From Naegleria gruberi (Eukaryota), in assembly GCA_000004985.1 (NCBI GenBank), contig GG738862.1: 64,000 nucleotides of DNA. One strand, 5' to 3'. The translations under genes and the position numbers were made by a program. Positions within the stretch are counted from its first letter, which is position 1; the number at the start of each line of letters is the position of its first letter. Below, piece after piece: positions 1 to 12,400 of the stretch. The notes under the pieces were generated by a model that saw only the letters and a program-made list of their open reading frames with translations, did not search any database and was not told where the DNA came from.

Positions 1-158
1 ATTTTATCATAAAATAATTATTTCGGAATGATGAAACAATAGAAAGAAACATGAGAGTGAGACTCTTGGAATTGAATGAAAAATTAAACGACTTGGAAAG
101 AAAGATGCAATATGTTGAAGCTGCTGTGAATTCTATAGAACAATGTCAAAACAAATAA
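1..158 (+). CDS. 3' end of an upstream gene (partial). C-terminal peptide ...MRVRLLELNEKLNDLERKMQYVEAAVNSIEQCQNK* with stop TAA at ~156-158.
   Basis: Open frame running into the window start and ending in TAA. Coiled-coil-like C-terminus. No family recognised. Confidence 0.25.
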
Positions 159-203
159 TAATAATAATACATCATCATCATAAAATAATAAATTTGTGTA
201 CTT

Positions 204-1298
204 TTACTTTTTGGAAGGTTTCTTCTTTCCTTTAGCCAAATCCTTAGCGAAACCAAATAATGATTCCAATTCTTTCATTTCCTTTTCAAGTTCATCTTCC
301 ATATCCTTAAGAGATTTACCTTGTCCAAGAGTGGCTTTCAAATCACTTTCAAACTTTTGTAATTGTTCCTCAGAATCAACACCAAGAACTTGTTTCATCA
401 TCTTTTTCATGGCTGGATTTTGGAAATCTTTCATAACTTCTTCAGGTGAAATATTCAAATCCATCTTACTGATATCATCCATTGATAGTTTAGTTGTTGT
501 TGTTGAATTACTTGTTGATTTCTTTTGAGAATTATTAGCAACAGGTGTGGCAGTAGTAGAAGTAGAAGTAGTAGTAGTAGCAGATTTACCTGTTGGTTTG
601 GCAGTGGATGGAGTCTTTTCAACCTTCTTTGATGCAGAGTTGACAGCAGCAGCTGCAGCAGCAGAAGCAAAATCACCTCCCTTTGTATCAGCTTGATTCT
701 TAATAAAGTTGAAAATTTCAGGACTATCAAATTCATTCTTCAATGAATCCATATAATTTTGTCCAAATAATTTGTAAGCATTCTTATCTTCATAACTCAA
801 ATCACCTTCATCTTCAATAAGTTGTTCATTCATTCCATTACCTCCTGTACCATTATCAAAAGAATTAATCATATCCTTATATTGATCCCATCTTCCAGAA
901 AGTCCCAATTCTTTCAACATTTTATCCATTTCAACATCATCAATATCAACATCTTCATCTATTATGGATCCGAGTGGTTTGTTTCTAGTATTATTATTAT
1001 TATTATTTGAAGTAGTAGAAGTAGTAGTAGCCTTTGGTTTTCTTTCTTGTTTTGTCAAAATTTCTTCATCTTCTAACAAGGCTTGTAATTCTTCAAGTTC
1101 TTGTTCTTCCTTTGCTGCAGCAGATGATTTACTTTTATTGACGGAATTTAAAATCCTACTCATTTCTTCATCACTAACACCACCCTTCTTCTTGGCATAT
1201 TGAATAGATGAGACGGAGAAGATGGTACGATATTGTTGTTGTTGTTTTGTTGACAACTTTAGAGTTGTTCTTGAAAGTCTACGAAGGTTGCAAAGCAT
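204..1298 (-). CDS. Hypothetical acidic/S-T-rich protein (364 aa). N-terminus is presequence-like (R/K/S/T-rich: MLCNLRRLSRTTLKLSTK). Long poly-T/S/N tracts.
   Basis: Long ORF. The plus-strand ORFs overlapping it (196..528, 822..1010, 964..1203) are low-complexity antisense artefacts. No confident homology. Confidence 0.5.
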   Translation of the reverse strand: MLCNLRRLSRTTLKLSTKQQQQYRTIFSVSSIQYAKKKGGVSDEEMSRILNSVNKSKSSAAAKEEQELEELQALLEDEEILTKQERKPKATTTSTTSNNNNNNTRNKPLGSIIDEDVDIDDVEMDKMLKELGLSGRWDQYKDMINSFDNGTGGNGMNEQLIEDEGDLSYEDKNAYKLFGQNYMDSLKNEFDSPEIFNFIKNQADTKGGDFASAAAAAAVNSASKKVEKTPSTAKPTGKSATTTTSTSTTATPVANNSQKKSTSNSTTTTKLSMDDISKMDLNISPEEVMKDFQNPAMKKMMKQVLGVDSEEQLQKFESDLKATLGQGKSLKDMEDELEKEMKELESLFGFAKDLAKGKKKPSKK

Positions 1299-1530
1299 TT
1301 TTTATATCATCAAATTGATTGAAAATTGTAGTTTATTATCATCAAATATCAATTTGATATTATTATTGTTATTATTTAATATTACTATTTAATATTTCAT
1401 TAATGGGTGGAGTGATGATGTGTTTAATTGATATAATTTTCTCTCTGGTAAATTTTTCTTATTCCGATTATCACTTGTTTTTCCTTTCTAATATATGTTG
1501 CCAAGCCTTGTTTTTATAAAAAGTCTTCTT

Positions 1531-1707
1531 CTATGAATAATTGTATCTTTCTGGGTGATTGGAAAAGGCCAAGTAGAGTAAAAAGAAGATTGGAATGGAC
1601 ATTCCTGCTCTTCTCATATGAATTCTGTTTAATTGAAAAAATCCAGTGATTGCATTCTTCTTTCCGATAAATCTCTTAAGACTAATACTCTTTGGCTTTT
1701 CTCCCAT
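1531..1707 (-). CDS. Candidate small ORF (58 aa): MGEKPKSISLKRFIGKKNAITGFFQLNRIHMRRAGMSIPIFFLLYLAFSNHPERYNYS, with a C-terminal hydrophobic segment.
   Basis: ATG-initiated ORF below the 60-aa cutoff of the ORF track. It sits in a 1.36-kb spacer that is less AT-rich than other spacers. Speculative. Confidence 0.15.
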   Translation of the reverse strand: MGEKPKSISLKRFIGKKNAITGFFQLNRIHMRRAGMSIPIFFLLYLAFSNHPERYNYS

Positions 1708-2664
1708 TTTTATTTAAAATTTGAAATAATTTTGTGATCGAAAATTTATGTGAAATAATTAAGAAGAATGATAATTAGAATTGGAATTTAAACATTCAAA
1801 TAATAAAAGCCAAGGTTCATACCAATTGAGGATAACTTGTGGATTTTGAAAGATTCACAATTATTAACCAGAACCAATAGAGAATCTTCTGAATTCTTCA
1901 ATCCATTCTCAGATGCATGGACATTGGTAGGCAGGTTTCAGTTGTGATTTGGAGTTGTTAGTAGTTATTTTTCAAGTAAAGTGAGGGTGTTATCGTTTAT
2001 GAAAGTTAAATTACTTAATTTAAGAAAAGCAATGCTATCTGTGTCCATCCTAGTTTGGATGAAGCTACACTAAAATGGGCGAATGTTATGCTTGGAAGTC
2101 TGTCTTTTTATGGATGGGATTGTTTCTGATTCAAACAATGTTATTAAGAATTTGGTAGAATGAGTGAAAAGAATATTGAAAGTAATTATGAAGTGTTGAG
2201 AGTTAATCTGTTTCAAATGCCTAACATTGTTTAAACAAACCTCCCCAATAAGGGTCCAAGATAATGTATACATCATCTTATAAGGTGTTTGTATTAATGT
2301 CTTATAAGGTCTTTTTATATATCGCCATTCAACGTTTTGGAGTGTAGCCCATATTTTCCTTAATTGAAATATGGCAGATATCTTTTTAATGAAGTATCAT
2401 GGTCGGTATTACATGTAATATCTCTATAGGTCTCCTTAATACAAGTTCATCAATAGATTTGTTTGGCTTCCCTTAGTTCCTTGACTATTCTTGGGAATCA
2501 AAGTAAATAAAAGTATACGTATTGTTTTACATGGTTGGGGATGAGCCTTTCTTTAGTGGTGATGAATCTGCAAAATCAGTTGTAGTAATCGAAAAGATGA
2601 GGATGTTTTTTTTCGCGCCAAAAAACTACAAATTGTTTTGAATTAGATTCAAAAATATAAAGAA

Positions 2665-3500
2665 ATGCCAAAGAAGAAGCCTTCATTTGATGACTCGGAT
2701 CATGAATCGGAAGAAGAAGTTGAAGAAGTAATTTCTAGGAATCATCCTGTAACAATATCAGATGATCAAATAATATCGGATTTATGGGAAGTTTTCAATT
2801 CGATAGATAAAAATCAGGATGGTGTTATAACGTTTATGGAATTAAAAATCATGCTTAAACGATTAAATCAATTTAGTTCGGATGCTGAAGTGCAGTCGAT
2901 GATTAAAAATGTAGCAGAGAGTAATGATTTGGTAGATTTTCAAAACTTTGTTCGTGTGTTTATGGATTCATATAGGGACAGTGTTTTGAACGGAAGTGAC
3001 GAAGAAATGGACCGAAAAGTGTTTGAAATATTCGATGTTAATAAGGACGGAATGATTGAGGTATGTTTTACTGAGTAATTCAAGTACTTTAAACCATCAA
3101 TGGTCATACATCTCTGTAAAACATGTTTACACTCTAAACCATAATGGAAAACTCATCTGATACAGATCGAAGTAAGTAATTCAAATCTGGAATCACCTCT
3201 CCTAAACCATATATGCAGGAAATCAAGGAAATTATTCACGAATATTGTATGGGAGATTTAGCTGAAGATTTTACAGAAGACCGTATCGTAGAGTAAGTTT
3301 CTTTAGATTTGGATTGTTAGAATTTCCTTATCCTAATAGCATGTTGCATTTACTGGACACTAATTTTGATGGTGTAATCGATTTTAAGGTATGTTCTACG
3401 AAAATTTCTTTAAGGAACCAAGAAAACCCGCTTCCCAAAATGTACTGTCTTTGCCCTCTTCTTGATCAACATTCTGTGTTGCAAACAGGAATTTCGCAAC
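2665..3500 (+). CDS. EF-hand calcium-binding protein, multi-exon (exon 1 = 2665..3060; further short EF-hand exons around 3200-3390; 3' structure unresolved).
   Basis: Canonical EF-hand loops: DKNQDGVITFMEL, DVNKDGMIEV, DTNFDGVIDFK. GTATGT donors sit immediately after the EF-hand exons (3061, ~3387). Confidence 0.5.
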
Positions 3501-3638
3501 CTCGCTAACAGCAAGTTGACCTAGTCACACTTTGTGTGATCACAACGCAATTCACTTCTCTTTGAAAACTCTTCCAATCACAACAAATAAACCAAAGTGA
3601 AAAAAACCTTCTATTGTAACTTAGTAACAAAATTAATC

Positions 3639-5145
3639 ATGTTGCATAAGCGAGTTAAGGATATTAGAAGTGAAGTTGGAGATACTTGTTTTCTTCCTTC
3701 TATTGGGCCATCTTCACCTGAAAATAACTCCTACCTCAAATCATCATCATCATCCTCTTCAGTTGTTGCACCAACATCATCATCCTATCATCACTCTGGT
3801 GCAATGAAATATCAATCCTATGAAATGATGAAGAATATCTTCTCAGTATTCGACAGAGATAATGATGGTTTTATTAGGTATGTTTCAATGTACTATTCAA
3901 TTTTATTAACACAAGCCTTATCATCTCCATGATCATCACTATTAAATCCTTGAAAAACATTTGAACATGTAAAACAGACATGCGGAATTAAGACTCTTTC
4001 TCAATGACCTTGGATACCATGTAACTATTGATGATGTCGACCAAATCATACGGAGTGCTGGCTCAAAAGGTTGCATTACCTTTGATGAATTCCTTGACTT
4101 GATGATGGTCGAACAAGAAGATGAACAAGAGGAACAAGAGGAAGCATTCTATTTTCCAGCCTCTAATAATCCATTCGAAGACCCATTCACAGTGGAGACT
4201 TCACCCACCAAAGTAATATCACCATCAAGAATTTCACCAACCAAACCTACCTCTCCTTCCACAACACAATTTCAAAGAACTCCACCTCGTAATATTCCAC
4301 CTCCTTCCTCACCCTCCTCCAGACACTCACCATCAAGTTATAATTCAAATACACTTTCTCCACCAAGCTTTTCACCTTCATCAAGAAGTGGTAATACCAC
4401 ACCTTCCTCTCCTAATCATCAACTTGCTCCAATTTCACCTCAATCTAATGCCTCTACAAGAAGTAGAGCAACTTCACTTTCACCTGCTTATGGTGCCTCT
4501 CCACCTAAAGTTAATTTTACTAAACGTGTGCTTAGTAAGAATAACTTGAAAGAAACAAAGGATGGATTTAGTTTGTTTGATGCTTTAAGGAAACGTATTC
4601 CAATTTTTAAACCATTCCAGGACTCACCAACACAAAATCTTAATACAAATACCACCTATATAAGACCTGTTGAGAATTTGAAATTGCCATCTCTTGATGC
4701 AAGGTCAAGAAGAAATAGTTCTCCTGTGGTTCCAGTCATTTTACAAAATCAACCAAGTAGTGGTGGATTTGTTGGTGTACCAAATTCTCCAAATACAAAT
4801 AATACTAGAAAAGTAAGAAAGGGTTATAGTCAAAATGCTGTTCAACATCTTCAAATGTCCACTTCTCTTTCATCTGGTATGGATTATATTCAAGAGAATA
4901 GTAAATCTACTCCAACTGATTATGGTACTGCTCACACAAGAGAAGAATTAAAGGATGCATTCTCTTTATTTGATACAAATGATGATGGAAAGGTTAGCAA
5001 GGCAGAAATGAGAAATGTAATGAAAAAGATTGGTCTATCAATGATCATGTCTGATGCTGAGCTTGATCAATTATTTGGCATGGTTGATAAAGATGGCGAA
5101 GGAAATATTGACTTTGATCAATTTGTGCAACTCTTCTTAATGTAA
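3639..5145 (+). CDS. EF-hand protein with N- and C-terminal EF-hand pairs and a long S/P/T-rich low-complexity centre. join(3639..3877,3978..5145) with a 100-nt intron GTATGT...ACAG.
   Basis: ORFs 3597..3932 and 4099..5145 join in frame across intron 3878..3977 (phase 2). EF loops: DRDNDGFIR|HAELRLF, GSKGCITFDEF, DTNDDGKVSKAEM, DKDGEGNIDFDQF. Confidence 0.6.
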
Positions 5146-5164
5146 TTATAAATTTCTAAATTAT

Positions 5165-8087
5165 TTACTTTTTAAGTGTTGTTGTTGTTAGCTTGATCCA
5201 TTGATCTTTTCTACTCTTCTCAATATCTGATTGATATTTTGATTTCTCTTTAAAGAATTGCTCAATAGAGTTAACACTCTTTCCAAATGAATCTTGAATT
5301 TGAACGCCTTTTCTTATCCACTTTGAGAGTTTGTTTGTTAATCTCGATTGGTGATATCTCTTATCTAATAAAAGAACAGTTGCATAATCCTTACTATGTC
5401 TAATTGCTCTTCCAATTGATTGATTAACTCCATTCATACAAAGATTGTCTAAATATTCTCCCTTACTGACTTTGGTGGTTTTTTCAAAAAAGTTCTGTTG
5501 TTCTACCAATTCAGGATCGGTAGTATTTGGATAAGGCATTCCAACGACAATTATCAATCGACCATATCCATCTGAAAAGTTAATTCCCTCTGAAAGTTTA
5601 CCTCCCACAACACAACTCAAAACACTTCCATTATATCTCTGTAGACTACCACCACTACCACTGCTACTGCTACTGATGCTACTGATGCTGTTGTTGTTGT
5701 TTGTTGGAAGATACAGAATTTCCAAAATTATGATCAATAATCTTCTTATATTCCTGTAAGATTTTTTCCAATGATGAGTTGGGTTCCTCATTGGTGCTTG
5801 CCTCTCTCAAGAATTTCTTTTTCTTTTCTATTTGGCCAATTATACCATTATTCTTCCAGTATTCGAATACTGTCTTCTCATATTGGTAGCTAGGGAAGAA
5901 CAGTACAACACCATCAGGAACAATATTACACAAGTTCACTATCATTTTACCCAAACTTTTTGTTAGGGCATCATTCTTTTGTCTGTTTTTAAAGGTGAAA
6001 TCTAATACAATATCGTCGACACCTTTGGAAAGGGCGATCGGTAAGAAATGATTTTGGGGAACAATGTGCTTATCACATTGATAAATGTGAATTTTGGAAG
6101 ATTCTGTTTTGGGAAATACTTGTTGTATTAATTGTTGTATTGGTTCCATAGTTCCTCCAGTTAAAATTACTGATCTAGCTTCTTTTAAAATAGATTGAAA
6201 GTATACACTAGGATTAAGGAGAAGGAATTTAATCTTTTGTTGTGGTCGAACAAAAACTCTTCCATCCTTATCAACATTCATTAAGGCCAACAGTAGTGAG
6301 ACAAAATTATTTACAGCAATATTACTTGTTGCTGGTGTGATAATTTTAGATACATCTATTGAGGGTTTTGTTGCATTGTATTGTACATAGTTTGCAGAGT
6401 AATTGTTTCTCTTCACTGTCTTGTTATTGTGAATGGTAACAGTTTGATTATTAGAGTCTTGTCTTTCCATGAACATGTTCAACTTTTTAGTTAAATCTGA
6501 CTTTTCTATAAATTCTGCAATATCAAATAAATTAATATTATCTAATTTAGTCTCAAAAACGAGATCAGTAATGGAAACAATAAATCCACCAATATCATTA
6601 GAACCAGTTCCTTCATCTGCAATAATATTAAGAGTAGATGGTTTCTTTACAGTATTAAGATAGGTTATCATATTGTTAATAATTGTTAATAGTCTGTTAA
6701 TATTTGTTTGATTGGTACTTGAAAGTCTATTCTTGAATTTAGTATAATAACTATTAAGTGTCTCATTAACTAAATAAAGTTGAGTAATGTCCAATTCGAC
6801 AGAATGCATTTGATGGATAGCATTAATCAAATTGTGAGCTTCATCAATAATTACAACACAATCCTTCAATGTTGAGATACCAAGTGATTTTCTAGTTTGT
6901 TCATGAATAAGTGAATTGTAAGGCATGCAAATTAACTCTGATATAGGAAGTGCCTTTCTTGTTCCAAAATAAGAACAAATTTTCAATCTCTTTCCCAAAT
7001 CCAATAAATCCTCAATATCATGTACCTTAACAGTCATGTGATCTTTAAATAGTGAGGGATCATTATCATAAGAACATGCCTTTTTATCTCTCAAATATTG
7101 ACATTTCTCATTGATTGCATTGAGAGAATTTTGAATATTTCCATTCTTTGTTTTTCTATAGAGCACATCTTCGTTATTACATAAAACTTGTCTCGAGGCA
7201 ATATTAGAAACTCTAACCTTCTTTGAAAATTCAGTCTTTCTCAATTCCTGAACAAATTGATTCAATTGAGAATGTGTTCTACTGCAATATATAATTTTAG
7301 GTGTTTCAAAATTATCCTCCTCAACTGCTTTCTTTTGACCATAACTTGTGGAAAAGATTGGTCTTTCATCATCACTATCATCTTCATCATATAAATCCTT
7401 TAATAATTCATTATTAATTCCAATCTTATCTAGAACATCCACTTCATTCAATAATAAATCATCATCACTCTCCTTTAGAATGGTATCTGCAAGAAATTGT
7501 TGTCTCCTCTCATCATACTTTTGAACATTCTTCTTACTCTTTTCCAATCGTTCCTTTCTTTCCAATTCTTCTTCATCCTTTTGTCTTTTTAATGTTTGTT
7601 CAGTGACCCATGAAGGTTCTTCATCATCATTATCACTATTCAATTTTCTCTTTAAACAAGTTGAGTTTACATAATGATGTTGATGTTGATCATTATTTTC
7701 ATTACTAATTCCATCTCTTTCTGCATAATGAGCATAGAGCCATGACAAGGCTCCACAAATTAAACTCAATGATTTACCACTTCCTGTTGGAGATTCGAAT
7801 ATTCCTACCTTGCCACTTTGGATAGTATCAAATAATTGTTCCATATATTGTTGTTGGATATCATATGGTTTTTCATAGGGAAAGGAAAAGTTTCTTTTTG
7901 GTTTGTTGGTGGAGTTTATTGTGGAGGATGAGGTTGATGGTGGATTTTTACTTGTCACATTATGTGATGATGATTGTTGCTGTTGTGAGGGAAAGGTTTT
8001 TCGTGTTGTGGTGGACATTTTTTTTAATGGTGAAAAAAACGATATATTTTGGCGGGAACGTTTTATTCTTCTCTTGAATGGAAGCAA
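5165..8087 (-). CDS. DDX11: DDX11/ChlR1 (CHL1) DEAH-box DNA helicase, complement(join(5165..5638,5715..8087)). The 76-nt intron 5639..5714 is inferred.
   Basis: Motifs match DDX11 along its whole length: [62 protein letters not shown]...[46 protein letters not shown]. The two listed ORFs (5679..8087 and 5165..5791) are in different frames. Removing GTATCT...CTACAG (76 nt) restores the frame and reproduces the human spacing between the conserved blocks. Confidence 0.85.
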
Positions 8088-8362
8088 TCTTTACAAAATA
8101 TTAAATTACTTTAAACTGATTGAAGATAATCGTGATGATCGTATCATCCACGTGTTCAATTAATGAAAATCAATGCCAAATTCTTTCAATTTGAATATTA
8201 ATAGTTTAAAAAAATTGAATCATTATACTTCCGATAAGAAAGAGACTATTTGGACGTTTTTAAATTAGATTGGAACATTCAAGTAAATAGCGGTTAAAAA
8301 CTTTCTAGTAATATTAATTAACAGCATCATCTCACCATCACCATCACCATCATCACATCATC

Positions 8363-9292
8363 ATGGTAATAGCAAGAAGAGATGCTTTTGCAGGAGCTTG
8401 GTATCAAGATGATAAAGAGGCACTCTCTCATGAATTGAATGATTATTTGGAGAAGGCTTCATCAACAAGTAGCACTTCAATTCATCACGGAAAGAAGGTA
8501 AAAGCCATCATTTCTCCTCATGCTGGTTATCGTTATTCAGCTCCTACATCAGCACATGGATACAGTTGTGTATTGAATTCATCAAATTATGATAAGATTA
8601 GAACAGTGTTTGTTTTGGGACCTTGTCATAGACTTTACTTGGATGATCAATGTGTATTGTCAAAATGTGATCAGTGTAATACTCCACTTGGTGCATTGAA
8701 AGTTAACAAGAGTATTCAAAGTGAATTAGTAAGCAAGTATTCAGATTTATTTGGATATTTGAAAGATAAGAAGAATGAAGAGGATGAACATTCATTGGAA
8801 TTACAATTTCCTTTTATTGCATATTTATTTAGAGAAAAATTGAATCAGATTCAAATTGTACCAATCATGGTTGGTGATTTATCAAGTGAATCAATTAGTA
8901 GAATGGCTGAATCTTTGACACCTTATTTAGATAGTGAGGAATCATTATTTGTAATTAGTAGTGATTTCTGTCATTGGGGGAAGAGATTTAGTTATCAATA
9001 TGTTATTAATAAGGATATTTCTCTTTCAAAGTCAATTCAACAATTAGACATGTTGGGAGTTTCTAAAATTACTGAACACTCCAAAAATCCAGAAGAATTC
9101 TACAATTACATGAAAAAGTACAAGAATACAATTTGTGGAAAGAATCCAATTCTTGTCATGTTGAATGCACTACAGAAATCTAATAATTGGAAGAACCATG
9201 AATCATTATTCTTAAATTATAGTCAATCAAGTGCTGCTAAATCAATGGAAGATAGTAGTGTTAGTTATGTATCTATTGCTATCCTACAATAA
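8363..9292 (+). CDS. MEMO1: MEMO1 / AmmeMemoRadiSam-family protein (309 aa).
   Basis: ISPHAGYRYSAPTSAHGY motif and overall MEMO1-like length and pattern. A-rich ATG context. Confidence 0.8.
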   Translation: MVIARRDAFAGAWYQDDKEALSHELNDYLEKASSTSSTSIHHGKKVKAIISPHAGYRYSAPTSAHGYSCVLNSSNYDKIRTVFVLGPCHRLYLDDQCVLSKCDQCNTPLGALKVNKSIQSELVSKYSDLFGYLKDKKNEEDEHSLELQFPFIAYLFREKLNQIQIVPIMVGDLSSESISRMAESLTPYLDSEESLFVISSDFCHWGKRFSYQYVINKDISLSKSIQQLDMLGVSKITEHSKNPEEFYNYMKKYKNTICGKNPILVMLNALQKSNNWKNHESLFLNYSQSSAAKSMEDSSVSYVSIAILQ

Positions 9293-9485
9293 TTTGTATT
9301 ATAACAAAATCATAATAATATATGGTCAACTTGTAAATATATCTAACTTTGTGATAAAAATAAAATCGTAATTTTTTCCCGCCAAATTTTTGAGCAAACT
9401 TTAAAAAAAACAAAATAACACAAACCTAGGTTATCTATACCTTTATCCCTGAACATTTCCTATTACTAGCACAACCAAGGAAACA

Positions 9486-12400
9486 ATGGAAACAAACGAT
9501 ACAACCCAAGAGGAAGTAGAATATATTGATGAGGCACAATTAAAAAAGAAAAGGAAATCATTAAAGCCCAAAACAAAATCAAGACCAACAAGTGAAGAAT
9601 ATGTTGAATACAAACGTTCCCTTACGGATAGACATTCATCACCAAATGTACATTACTATCCGCCACCACCTCACATGCAATACTATCCGCCACCTCCTCA
9701 ACATGTCTCTTATGGTGGTTATCCACCTCACTACTCAAATCCACCACCAGTCAATTATCAATATAACAATGCAGTACCTCAACCAGCATCAACATATTCA
9801 TCAGATGGTGACTACAGCTACGATCAAAACAATGGAAAATTTTATTTCAAACCAAGAAGAGAAACCTTGAATTGGAGAGTTTTACTTTCTTTAAACTTGG
9901 AGAAAATTATGGATAAAGTTGATATTGACACTTTGGAAAGTATTACAAAGAATTTAACCTTTGCGAGAGTTGACTTTAATGATTTACGATATTTCAATGA
10001 AACGAATTTTGTTCAAGTATTCAGACTATCTCAATTAATAATTGAGTATTTGCTGTACGTTCAGAACTATTTATCGGTGAAGAAGTAAGTATTTAATAGA
10101 CAGAATCACCTAACAATACAAAGAAAAGAAGTAGAGTCAAATGTAAAAACAATTATAGGTGACTCGGAAGAATATAAATCTAATCTGGCCAAAAAAACAG
10201 AGGAGATTAACTATTTGAAAAAAGAGCTAAAGAGAAAAAAGAAAGCATTATATGCTTATGAATGCGTATTTGGTGCTAATCCTGAAAAGGCAAAAATATT
10301 ATTAATGTCACAAAACCAACCACAACCTCAACCTCAGCAAGTTGTTGTGACATCAAGCTCAAGATCTGATAAAGAAGAAACATTTGGAGAATTGAGAGGT
10401 GAAATTAGAAGGCTTCAAGAAAATCTTTTTTCTCAACTTGAAGATACCATAGAGAAGAAACAAAAATTATTGGAAAAAGAAAATCAAAAGAGATTAGATC
10501 AATTCCAGAAAGAATTTGAAAAATTCACGGACAGCTGTAAATATCAACAGGATAATCTCTATTCAGCATTGAGTAAATCAATATCTAAGTACTCAGAAGA
10601 AGGTAGCAATGGATCAGGAAACTCTCCGGATGACTTTATGAAATTTTCTTCACATCTCCAAAACTTGATACAGCAAAATAACCAATTATTGATGAGCTCA
10701 TTTGACAGGAAGATGAATGATTTATCAGCTTCAGCCAAGCAAACAACTCAGGTAGATAACAGTGCCGAACTGAACGAAATGAGAAGGAAGTTAGATGATA
10801 TAATGAGAAATGTTAACAAAAAACCAGAGCCAATAGTTGAGACTGTTGTTCGAAAAGTTGTGAAGAAAGAACCTCCAAAAGAAGAAATTGTTACTGTAGT
10901 TAAGGCTAAGCCAAAAGAGCCTCCAAAACCTGAACCTAAACCAGAACCAAAAGTTGATCCTCCAAGACCAAAGACCCCTGTTGTTGTAAAACCAAAACCT
11001 GAACCAGAGCCAGTAGTAGAACGACCAAAAACTCCAGTGATGGCTAGACCTAAACCAGTGGAAAAACCAGTTCAACGAGTTGAAACTCCTCCAAGAGTTA
11101 AAACACCACCTCCACCTAAGCCACAAACACCAGAACAAGAAAGTTTTATTTCTGAAACAACAACTGATAGCTCAGATTACTCTTCAACAGACACAAGCAT
11201 GACTTCGGATAATTCAAATCTAGGATTACGAGAACGTATCTACAAAGAATTGAAATTAGGAAAGATTTTTGATGAGCTTGATGAATCAATTGCATATCAA
11301 CACTATGAAGATAAACCTTGGTTGAAAGCAAAGTACAAGCAAAATCCAAAATTTGTCAAAGTGCAAAACTCTGAAACAGACCAAGTATTTGATCACGAGA
11401 TGAGAACATTGGGGGTGGATCCTAGCCAATCAGGAATAACTGAGAATGAGTATTTGAGAGGTTTACAGGTACTCCAAAAATCCAGAGGAAATACTGTAAA
11501 TAACAACCCGGATCACCTGGTCATTATGAACGCATTAAGAGAACAAGTTGACAAGATTGCTTTGGATAGATTAAATGGTGATTCCCAGCAAGGTAATAGA
11601 GTTTCTTTCTCCCATGATCCTACACTCAACGATTTTATTAACAAATTACAAAAAATTAATGACTATGATGCTATTAGGAGAGTAAACCCAACAGAAAATC
11701 AACAAGAATCTCCAAGACGAAGAAAGAGCAATGCTGAATCACCGAGAAGAAGAATAAGTAATGCTGAATCGCCCAGACGAAAGTTTAGCAATGCAGACGA
11801 GGACCCAGCCAATGATATTCCAAAAGTTAAAATCCCTGAAAAACCAGAACCAAAGATGAAAGCTATTACAATTGCCCTTGAGGCTCAAGCTAAAAAAATG
11901 GAAATGGATGCAAAGAAAACCGTAAAGAATCCAGAAGACAATCAACCCCGAGTTGAAACTAAGAAACCATCAGAGCAAATGAATACTCTCAAATCAACAA
12001 TGAATGATACAAAACAATCAAACACATTACAATCCACTTTGAAGAGCGACAGAAGCTTGAATAACACCAAAATTATTGAGGCAGAATTTGATGATGTGAC
12101 TGCTGATGAGCATGATGAGGGATCTACTATGTATGAGGTTGTTGGTGCTCAGGGAGGAAACGGAGGAGGCGGAGGTGAAGAAAGTGAATATTCGACTGAG
12201 TATGAAACTGAAACCGAAGATATAGAACCTCCAAGACAAGTTGCTCAATCTGTTTCAAAGCCAACCAATCAAGTCGTAGAAGAGGAAGATAATGACCACG
12301 ATGATGATTATGAGGAAATAGAGGAGGAAGAAGAGGAAGTACCAAAACCTAGTAGTCAGAATCTCATTCAAACTTTCGTTGCTCCTGAGTCAGATGAAGA

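Noticed and set aside
2277-2309. Direct repeat cttataaggt x2, and G+T-skewed sequence at 1850-2660, as a possible degenerate mobile element.
   Set aside because: It has no terminal inverted repeats, target-site duplications, RT/transposase ORF remnants or poly-A tail. It is better treated as an unusually long promoter or 5' UTR region (see the spacer finding).
5679-5791. DDX11 as a frameshifted pseudogene.
   Set aside because: Every catalytic helicase motif is intact on both sides. A 76-nt GT...AG interval restores the frame and ortholog spacing, so an intron (or at worst a microsatellite sequencing indel) is far more likely than pseudogenisation.
8300-8362. (CAC/CAT)n microsatellite immediately 5' of the MEMO1 ATG as a His-tag-like coding extension.
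   Set aside because: It is not in frame with an upstream ATG, and MEMO1 homology starts at the annotated Met. It is treated as a 5' UTR microsatellite.
10791-11138. W/F-rich 115-aa ORF on the minus strand, and similar antisense ORFs (196..528, 455..736, 822..1010, 964..1203, 6469..6663, 7865..8163, 9592..9870, 11739..12724, 13603..14043, 26221..26490, 33017..33424, 40689..41410, 48149..48674, 51152..51776, 56311..56808, 57178..58128).
   Set aside because: They lie antisense to, or in alternate frames of, well-supported genes. They have low-complexity compositions generated by the complementary strand of P/E/K-, S/T- or N-rich coding tracts and carry no recognisable motifs.
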